DNA of 64,000 nucleotides from Patescibacteria group bacterium. GTDB taxonomy: Bacteria; Patescibacteriota; Minisyncoccia; Phycocordibacterales; Phycocordibacteraceae. Both the position numbers and the translations under genes were made by a program. The first letter of the stretch is position 1. Each line of letters opens with the position of its first letter. Positions 17,426-24,044 of this stretch are shown piece by piece. The stretch covers positions 3,430 through 67,429 of the forward strand of contig JAGWWI010000001.1 of NCBI GenBank assembly GCA_018970465.1. Reading direction: 5' to 3'. The notes beneath the pieces were generated by a model that saw only the letters and a program-made list of their open reading frames with translations, was not told the DNA's origin and did no database searches.

Positions 17426-17901
17426 TTATGAATTACTACAAGTCCAAGTATGAGCGGCGGCAGTTCGCGCCGAAGAAGCCGGTGAAGACCTTCCGCGACC
17501 TCGATATCTACCAGAAGACGCTCGAGTGCGCGGTCATCGTGATGAAGAACGTGCGCCCGAAGCTGGCTGCGCTCAAGTATCCGTTCCTGGACGGCATGAC
17601 CGATTGCGCCATGAACGTACCGCTTGCGATAGGCGAGGCGCATTCGATCCGCTTCGCGGACTTCGCGAAGGGACTCGGCCACCTGGAGCGCGCCATGAGC
17701 GGCTGCAACAAGATGATCATCTACCTCGAGCATGCGAAGGGGATGCACGGCGCGAAGGCCGATCCCGACAGCATCATCGACGAGCTCGTCGTGCGGTATG
17801 CCGAGAGCCGTACGAAGAGCTTCCGGCTCGAGCAGTCGTGGAAGAAGTGGCGGCAGGCGGACGCCGCGCTTCCCGCCGCTGCCCGCGCCCCGCGCCTATG
17901 A
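17422..17901 (+). CDS. Four-helix-bundle protein (TIGR02436-like; 23S rRNA intervening-sequence protein / DGR Avd family).
   Basis: The sequence FRDLDIYQKTLECAVIV...NVPLAIGEAHS...GLGHLERAMSGCNKMIIYLEHAKGM fits the FRDL..WQKA / NIAEG / GS..E four-helix pattern. About 160 aa, with ATGA overlaps on both sides. Confidence 0.75.
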   Translation: MIMNYYKSKYERRQFAPKKPVKTFRDLDIYQKTLECAVIVMKNVRPKLAALKYPFLDGMTDCAMNVPLAIGEAHSIRFADFAKGLGHLERAMSGCNKMIIYLEHAKGMHGAKADPDSIIDELVVRYAESRTKSFRLEQSWKKWRQADAALPAAARAPRL

Positions 17902-18149
17902 ACATGACCATGCCGCTCAAAAACCTTTCCGGAGATCGCGCGCGCTGGCGCAAGGTATCCGAGCTCGCGCCGGGCATGCTACTTGCCGTCGCCGCTGACG
18001 AGGTCCTCGCGCGCGCGACGGACGGCGTTGAGGACGCCGTGCTCTGGGACGACATCGTCTCGATCGCGTCGGTCGGGCGCGAGGAGGTGTTCGACATTGA
18101 GGTCGCCGGCACGCGCAACTTCGTCGGCAACGGCATCTACGCCCACAAC
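17898..18149 (+). other. Intein C-terminal splicing segment (blocks F and G), within the CDS.
   Basis: Block F VFDIEVAGTRNF, block G NGIYAHN, and a +1 Thr nucleophile. Confidence 0.7.
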
Positions 18150-19292
18150 ACGTATCTGCCGTCCGCCACCACGCTGCTCACGGTGGGCGGCGCGGCGGTG
18201 GACGCGGCCGCGTACATCGTCCCGGATGAGCCGGTCGTCGTCGAGTCCGGTGATGCGACGACGACCTTGAGTGCGCCGTCCGATGCGCTCGCGCCGGGCG
18301 GCGGCGTCGACCTCTATACGCTCGGACTCCACGACCTGGCGGCAGTCAACGCGCTCGCCGCCGAGGTCGACGCCAATGCCTCCACCACCGCTGCTCAGGG
18401 TACGAGTATCGCTACGCTCCGGTCCTCCCTCGCCGCCCTCCAGGGCGTGAACCTCGACCTCGCGGCCGTCGCGTCCTCCACCCTCGACATCGCGAGCACG
18501 ACAACGCCCTTGGACGCCGCGCAGGCGTTCGCGCAAGGGTTCTTCGGGAGCCTCTTTGCGCATATCACGAGCTGGCTCGCGAATAGCGGGAATGGGATAG
18601 GCAACCTCTTCGCCGCCGTGATCCACACAAACGAGCTCTGCGTCAAGGACGCGGCGGGCGCGGACGTCTGCATCACGGGCGACCAGCTCGCCGCGGCGGT
18701 CTCGGGCGCGGGCGCCGCCGCGCTCCCCGGCGTCACGACCGCCGACACGACCGTCACGAGCCAGAGCTCGACTGGCGCCGCGAGCACCGCCTCCTCCACC
18801 CCCTCCACCTCCACCGACGTCACTCCCCCCGTCGTCACCCTCCTCGGCTCCGCAGCGATGAACATCACCCAGGGCGCCGCCTTCACCGACCCTGGTGCGA
18901 CCGCTACAGACGACACCGACGGCGACCTGACCGCCAAGATCGTCGTCTCGGGCGCCGTCGACCCCGCAACCCCCGGCCTCTACACCCTCACCTACTCAGC
19001 GACCGACGCCGCCGGCAATACCGGCACCGCCTCCCGCGTGGTCACCGTCACCGCTGCAGGCTCCTCCACCCCAGACACCACCGCCTCCTCCACGCCTTCT
19101 GCAAGCACGAGCGGATCCGTCGCCTCCTCCAACACCGCCCCGGCCGACACCTCGACCGCTCCTCCGACGACGAGCACCACTGATACGACGACCGCACCCA
19201 CCCCGACCTCCGCAACCACCGATACCACTACGACGAGTGCAGCGGCGACGACCGATACCACCGCGAGCGCCCCGGCCGCAAGCGGCAATTAA
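17898..19292 (+). CDS. Protein beginning with an intein C-terminal splicing segment (blocks F and G, ...GIYAHN|T). It is followed by an extein with a bacterial Ig-like (DUF5011/Big-like) domain and a Thr/Ser/Pro-rich tail.
   Basis: N-terminus ...VLWDDIVSIASVGREEVFDIEVAGTRNFVGNGIYAHN then T(+1)YLPS.... Downstream, PPVVTLLGSAAMNITQGAAFTDPGATATDDTDGDLTAKIVVSGAVDPATPGLYTLTYSATDAAGNTGTASRVVTV is an Ig-like domain pattern. The gene is in the same frame as the fibre gene. The start is an internal ATG of track ORF 17526..19292. Confidence 0.8.
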   Translation: MNMTMPLKNLSGDRARWRKVSELAPGMLLAVAADEVLARATDGVEDAVLWDDIVSIASVGREEVFDIEVAGTRNFVGNGIYAHNTYLPSATTLLTVGGAAVDAAAYIVPDEPVVVESGDATTTLSAPSDALAPGGGVDLYTLGLHDLAAVNALAAEVDANASTTAAQGTSIATLRSSLAALQGVNLDLAAVASSTLDIASTTTPLDAAQAFAQGFFGSLFAHITSWLANSGNGIGNLFAAVIHTNELCVKDAAGADVCITGDQLAAAVSGAGAAALPGVTTADTTVTSQSSTGAASTASSTPSTSTDVTPPVVTLLGSAAMNITQGAAFTDPGATATDDTDGDLTAKIVVSGAVDPATPGLYTLTYSATDAAGNTGTASRVVTVTAAGSSTPDTTASSTPSASTSGSVASSNTAPADTSTAPPTTSTTDTTTAPTPTSATTDTTTTSAAATTDTTASAPAASGN

Positions 19293-19573
19293 CTAGGTTA
19301 TGCGGCGACTCTGCACAGAGGAGAAGTTCCTGGATGGGATTGAAGAAAGAAGCTGGGTTGCTAAAATGGCGATGGTTGGTGACTTGATGGGGGCGGGCGA
19401 GAGTATCCACACCATAGCTCTCGTTTGGGGTCGTGCGGTCGCGTCTTCCAAAAAAATCTGGTGTGTGCGTAGAAGACGCCAGCGGCGCGCACGCCCCTCA
19501 GCGGTTTCGTCCGTTGCCCCGTCAGTTCGTCAACCAGCCTCTGCAAGACCGTCGGTGATCCAGATTTCGCACT

Positions 19574-20116
19574 ATGCTTAGCCGGTACGACATACGAGGC
19601 AGGGTGGGCGTTTTTATCGACGCGGCGAATATTTTTTACTCGCAGCGCACGCTCGGGTGGCGTATCGACTTTGGCAGGCTCGCCGGGTATCTGAAAGGGG
19701 AGATCGATATAAAGGGCATGTACTATTACACCGGCAAAGTCGGCGCGCTCGCAAAGCAAGTATCCTTTCTCCAGAAGCTGCAATCTCTCGGCTACGAGGT
19801 AACTGCGAAAGAGGTGAAGTTCATAAAAACCGGCGGCGGTGCCCAGATCCCCAAGGGCAATCTTGATGTGGAACTCGCGCTCGATGCCTTCAGGCTCAAA
19901 GAGAATTTCGACGTATTTTTGCTGTTCTCGGGTGATTCAGACTTCGCGTATCTCATCGACCTTCTGAAACAGGCAGGGAAGCGCGTGTTCGTCCTCTCGA
20001 CGCGCGGCCATGTCTCGAAGGAACTGCTTGATCGCGCGAAGTATATAGATCTGCGGCGGCTCAGGGCCTTCGCGGAAAAGATCAAGGGGCCGGACGAGCC
20101 GGCCCCTGAGGTCTGA
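19574..20116 (+). CDS. NYN-domain (LabA/DUF88-like) putative RNase.
   Basis: GVFIDAANIFYS (N-terminal Asp), DVELALDAF, and LLFSGDSDFAYLIDLLKQAGKRVFV: the NYN/PIN-like acidic residues in the canonical order. Confidence 0.75.
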   Translation: MLSRYDIRGRVGVFIDAANIFYSQRTLGWRIDFGRLAGYLKGEIDIKGMYYYTGKVGALAKQVSFLQKLQSLGYEVTAKEVKFIKTGGGAQIPKGNLDVELALDAFRLKENFDVFLLFSGDSDFAYLIDLLKQAGKRVFVLSTRGHVSKELLDRAKYIDLRRLRAFAEKIKGPDEPAPEV

Positions 20117-20130
20117 CACAGCCACTATAT

Positions 20131-20586
20131 ATGACCCATTCTAAACGTCAAGTGAATAGCGGCCGGCTCGTGAGGCAGAGCCTCGCGGCGAAGCGTTTCT
20201 CCCTTTTTCTCCCTTTCTTCCTCTTCCTCCCGCTGCTCCCCCTTTCTACCCTTTTCCTTTTCCCCGCCGAAGCGCACGCCTCCGCCTTCACCCGCCCGCC
20301 GAACAATTTGGGCCTCGTCGGCTACTGGAATTTCGACGAAGGCTCGGGCACCGTCGCGCACGACCGCTCGGGGCAGGGCAACAACGGCACGCTCGTCAAT
20401 GCGCCGACGTGGGTGAAAGGGAAGGTGAACGGGGCGCTGTCGTTCAATGGGACGAATCAGTGTGTCGATGCGGGCAATGCCTCGTCGCTCAATGTGAGCG
20501 CCGCCACCGGCATGGCAGCCTGCGCTTGGTTATATCTGAATTCATACAGCTCCAGTACAGCTCTACAAGCTCGGGCATTGATATGA
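20131..20586 (+). pseudogene. Truncated LamG/ConA-like surface-protein gene. It keeps the N-terminal signal/TM and the first about 60% of one LamG domain, and is disrupted downstream by an AT-rich insertion carrying hicBA.
   Basis: It starts MTHSKRQVNSG..., like the intact paralog at 21840. It then reads AHASAFTRPPNNLGLVGYWNFDEGSG...ALSFNGTNQ, diverging at ...LNSY into an AT-rich sequence and a stop. The 5' DNA is nearly identical to the start of the 21840 gene. Confidence 0.6.
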
Positions 20587-20639
20587 GAAAAGTGGAAAGT
20601 AAGAAGTATAAAGAAGAAAGTATGGAGAAAAAAGAATCG

Positions 20640-20843
20640 CTACAAATCCCTCGACGAGAGTCCGCTCTGTTTCAAAATCGATCGCAGCGTGCTCTCGGGC
20701 AGATCTCCCGTGTGCATCGGGACGGTGACGCGCCGCTTGTCGTGCTCCCGATAGTAGATGCGGTGACTGCCTTTTTGCCTTTGGAATATGTATCCTTCCC
20801 GCTCAAGCGCGCGGCACAAAGTGCGGGCCGAAACGCCGGCCAT
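20640..20843 (-). CDS. hicA: HicA-family mRNA interferase toxin (type II TA).
   Basis: The 67-aa product LCRALEREGYIFQRQKGSHRIYYREHDKRRVTVPMHTGDLPESTLRSILKQSGL matches the YcfA/HicA consensus (GSH..., tvPhH...l..gtlrsIlkq). Confidence 0.8.
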   Translation of the reverse strand: MAGVSARTLCRALEREGYIFQRQKGSHRIYYREHDKRRVTVPMHTGDLPESTLRSILKQSGLSSRDL

Positions 20844-20846
20844 ATA

Positions 20847-21080
20847 CTATCGGGCAATTCCCACCTCGATGCTTCCCAGGAGCGTCGTGTCGGCTTCGGG
20901 CGCTTTTTCACCCGCTGCCTCCATGTCTTCCAAATACAGTTCGATCGCCTCGCGCGCCATCGCGCGCGCCTCGTTCATGTCGGCGCCGTAGGTGACGCAG
21001 CCAGGAAGCGCAGGCACCGTAACGGTGTACCCGCCTTGCGGATCGGATTCGAAGACAAGCTGGAAGGTCTGTTTGGTCAT
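20847..21080 (-). CDS. hicB: HicB-family antitoxin (UPF0150 fold).
   Basis: The 77-aa product FQLVFESDPQGGYTVTVPALPGCVTYGADMNEARAMAREAIELYLEDM matches the HicB N-terminal domain pattern (y.v.ie...gGy.a.vP.LpGc.t.G.t.eEa...EAi). It lies immediately upstream of hicA. Confidence 0.75.
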   Translation of the reverse strand: MTKQTFQLVFESDPQGGYTVTVPALPGCVTYGADMNEARAMAREAIELYLEDMEAAGEKAPEADTTLLGSIEVGIAR

Positions 21081-21116
21081 GGCAGCAGTATAGCAAATCG
21101 TGAGGCAGTAGAAAGT

Positions 21117-21371
21117 ATGAAGTATAAAGGGCTCAAGAGAGCGCTGCTTTGCGCGTCTCCCTTTATGCTTGCTACCTTATTCTTGCTTCCTCCGCTCGCG
21201 CACGCGAGCGTCCTCACCCGCCCGGCCAACAATTTGGGCCTCGTGGGGTACTGGCAATTCAACGAAGGCTCGGGCTCGCTCGCGCACGACACCTCTGGTG
21301 CTGGCAACACGGGTACGCTCGTCGGTTCGCCGAGCTGGGTGGCGGGGAAGGTGGGCGGAGCGATAGTATGA
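21117..21371 (+). pseudogene. N-terminal fragment of a LamG-repeat surface protein (signal peptide plus about 55 aa of LamG domain), truncated where the mazF-like gene begins.
   Basis: The product MKYKGLKRALLCASPFMLATLFLLPPLAHASVLTRPANNLGLVGYWQFNEGSGSLAHDTSGAGNTGTLVGSPSWVAGKVGGAIV reaches a stop 1 nt before the MazF-like ATG. Confidence 0.55.
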
Positions 21372-21372
21372 C

Positions 21373-21816
21373 ATGAGTATGCGAAAAGATTTCGATACAT
21401 GGAATGGAGAGAAGAAGCGCATCAACGAGCACGACACGGGCGCACTCTATTTCTACGAGCGTGAGATCTGGTGGTGTTCTCTTGGAGTGAACGTGGGCTT
21501 CGAGCAGGATGGGACGAATGAGCTATTCCAGCGCCCTGTCGTGATACTGAAAAAGTACAATCCGCAGATTTTTCTCGCTCTGCCGCTCTCGACGACATCC
21601 AAGCGCGGAAGCTATTATTGGCCGGTGGGCATCGTGGACGGTGAACAAGCCGTCGCGATACTCTCGCAGTTGCGCCTTTTGGATTCTAAACGACTGACGA
21701 ATCGCATCGGCATACTCGGCAAAAAGGAATTCGATCTTCTCGTCGGGGAAACCGTCGCCGCGAATTTCCCCACCTTAAAAAGTTCTCCCCCGCCGGGAGG
21801 CGGGGGCAAGCCGTGA
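21373..21816 (+). CDS. MazF/PemK/Kid-family toxin-like endoribonuclease with no adjacent antitoxin.
   Basis: The sequence EREIWWCSLGVNVGFEQDGTNELFQRPVVIL...LALPLSTTSKRG...AVAILSQLRLLDSKRLTNRIGIL aligns with the Kid/PemK blocks GEIW.v.l....G.EQ.G.RPvlIv / vP.Ts / R..D..R. Lower GC than the flanks. Confidence 0.7.
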   Translation: MSMRKDFDTWNGEKKRINEHDTGALYFYEREIWWCSLGVNVGFEQDGTNELFQRPVVILKKYNPQIFLALPLSTTSKRGSYYWPVGIVDGEQAVAILSQLRLLDSKRLTNRIGILGKKEFDLLVGETVAANFPTLKSSPPPGGGGKP

Positions 21817-21839
21817 GGCCGTTTGTGACTAGAGTATAT

Positions 21840-24029
21840 ATGACCCATTCTGAACGTCAAGTGAATAGCGGAAAAATCACGAGGCTAAGCCTCCTGAAAC
21901 ACCTCTTTCCCCCCGTTCTTCTCGTTGCCGCCCTTTTCTTGCTGCCTGCTTCGGCGCACGCGAGCGTCCTCACCCGCCCCGCCAACAATCTCGGCCTCGT
22001 CGGCTACTGGCAGTTCAACGAAGGCTCGGGCTCGCTCGCGCATGATGTTTCGGGTAACGGTGTTGCCGGCGTAGTCGTCAATGGCCCCGCCACCTGGACG
22101 ACGGGGAAGTTTGGCAGCGCGCTGTTACTAAGCTCGGCATCCAATCAACAGGTGCAGGCAACCTCGACTAAGGCCGTTCAATTTTCTACGACGCAGTGCG
22201 CGTGGATAAAACTCAATTCATACAATGGCGGCAATTTCGCCGGAGTGGCAGGCACCGGCGCGGGCGGAACAATCCTCACGACAAGATCATCGAATGCGAC
22301 ATTCGGCGCGTCGATACAAATCGCAAATTTTCACTTGTCGGCAAACAAAGCGGTGTTTATCTACAATACAGCCGGCACTGCGGTGGGCGCGGCGGGTAAC
22401 ACGACCATCGCCCTCAATACGTGGTATTTCATATGCGGTACATTTTCATACACCGGCGGCGGCGGAAACTTCGACGGCAATTGGCAAGTCTATGTGAATG
22501 GAGTCGAAGACGATTCGAGCGCGAATAATTACCTTGCGGCTGGCGGCAATCCCAGTTTCCCCATGAACGGCACCACCTGGAACATAGCCGGTATAGATGG
22601 CGCGATCGACGACGTCCGCATCTACAACCGCGCGCTATCGGCGGCGGACGTCCTGAAGCTCTACCAGCTCGGCACGACGCAAGTGAAGGCGACCCTCGGC
22701 ACCGCGCCCATCGTCCTCACCCCCACCGCCGGCATCGGCAGCGGGCTCGTGGGGTACTGGCCATTCAACGAAGGAACGGGCAACACCACCGCCGACATTT
22801 CCGGCAACAAGAACACCGGTACGCTCGTCAATGCGCCGAGCTGGGTGAAGGGGAAGTATGGGAATGCGCTGTCGTTCAATGGGACGAATTATATTTCTCT
22901 GGGAAATGTAGCGGCACTCAGTTTCCCGAGCACCGACTTCGGCATATGCGCATGGGCCTACCCGATCGAGAACAGCAATTACAGGGAGATAGTCAACAAG
23001 GGAGATAGCGGATCTGCCAGCGGTTCGCAGTATGAAGTACTTTTGGATAACTCGGGGAAGTACGCGTTTAATGTCATGGTGGGAGGTGTTGTTGATCGGC
23101 TGGCCGATACAGCGACCGCTTCTTTAAATAAGTGGGCTTACGTATGCGGTGTTCGCCAAGGGGCGCTCAATTCGCTTTATGTAAACGGTATTTTAAGGAA
23201 TTCGGCATCTTTTAGCGGACCGCTGAACACCACATCGAACGGTGTGAGTATAGGAGCCGCGGGCAACGGAAACACAAGCCTTGCTTTTAGGGGCACCATC
23301 GACGAAGTGCGCATCTACAACAGAGCACTTTCATCAAGCGAAGTGAAGCAGCTCTATCTCGACGAGAGCGTGCAGATCGGGCACAGCAACGCGGTCGTCT
23401 CGAACGGCCTCGTGGGCTGGTGGACCATGGACGGCAATAATTTGATCCAGAACGTGAAGGATTCGAGCGGGCAGGGGAATAACGGCTCCCTCGTCGGCTT
23501 CTCCGCCACCTCCTCGGCCGAAGTCGCGGGCAAAATCGGCGGGGCTTTGAAGTTTAATGGGACGAGTCAGTATATTACTGTCCCAGACACCACCGCGTTG
23601 CGGCTGTCGGGTAATTATTCTGTATCGGTTTGGATCAGGCCCGCAGCTCTAAAAGACTACGGAAACGTGCTTTTTAAAGAATCCCTAATAAGCAATACGG
23701 GCTATGGTCTCATCACCTTCGCAAACGGCTCGTGGGGATGGCAGATCGGCAATACGCTAGATATACAAACCTCCGCCGCGTTGCTAAAGAATACTACCTG
23801 GTCTCTTCTCATCGCGACGTATGACGGAACCAACGTACGTCTCTACCAGAACGGATCGCTCCTTTCGACCACCGTGGCTTCGGCAGTGGCGAGCGATGCG
23901 ACGGCTCTCGCCCTCGGCGCTGATACTGGCGACGGGAGATATTTTAACGGCACTATCGACGACGTCCGCGTCTACAACCGCGCCCTTTCGGCGAGCGAGA
24001 TCCAGGCGCTCTATGCGGCGGGGAGGTAA
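21840..24029 (+). CDS. Secreted surface protein with three LamG/ConA-like (Laminin_G_3-type) domains.
   Basis: Signal peptide ...LLPASAHA|SV. Three repeats run from GLVGYW.FNEG.G....D.SGN.N.G.L...P.W..GK.G.AL.FNG to ...IDDVRIYNRALSAAEV/SSEV..LY. The start is an ATG 27 nt inside track ORF 21813..24029, so that it does not overlap the mazF-like stop. Confidence 0.85.
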   Translation: MTHSERQVNSGKITRLSLLKHLFPPVLLVAALFLLPASAHASVLTRPANNLGLVGYWQFNEGSGSLAHDVSGNGVAGVVVNGPATWTTGKFGSALLLSSASNQQVQATSTKAVQFSTTQCAWIKLNSYNGGNFAGVAGTGAGGTILTTRSSNATFGASIQIANFHLSANKAVFIYNTAGTAVGAAGNTTIALNTWYFICGTFSYTGGGGNFDGNWQVYVNGVEDDSSANNYLAAGGNPSFPMNGTTWNIAGIDGAIDDVRIYNRALSAADVLKLYQLGTTQVKATLGTAPIVLTPTAGIGSGLVGYWPFNEGTGNTTADISGNKNTGTLVNAPSWVKGKYGNALSFNGTNYISLGNVAALSFPSTDFGICAWAYPIENSNYREIVNKGDSGSASGSQYEVLLDNSGKYAFNVMVGGVVDRLADTATASLNKWAYVCGVRQGALNSLYVNGILRNSASFSGPLNTTSNGVSIGAAGNGNTSLAFRGTIDEVRIYNRALSSSEVKQLYLDESVQIGHSNAVVSNGLVGWWTMDGNNLIQNVKDSSGQGNNGSLVGFSATSSAEVAGKIGGALKFNGTSQYITVPDTTALRLSGNYSVSVWIRPAALKDYGNVLFKESLISNTGYGLITFANGSWGWQIGNTLDIQTSAALLKNTTWSLLIATYDGTNVRLYQNGSLLSTTVASAVASDATALALGADTGDGRYFNGTIDDVRVYNRALSASEIQALYAAGR

Positions 24030-24044
24030 TATGAAGACTGTCGT

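Noticed and set aside
21813-24029. DGR target with a VR at the conserved C-terminal ends of the LamG genes.
   Set aside because: No reverse transcriptase or template repeat is present in the window. The C-terminal conservation is the ordinary end of the LamG domain, so the idea is kept only as a check in the findings.
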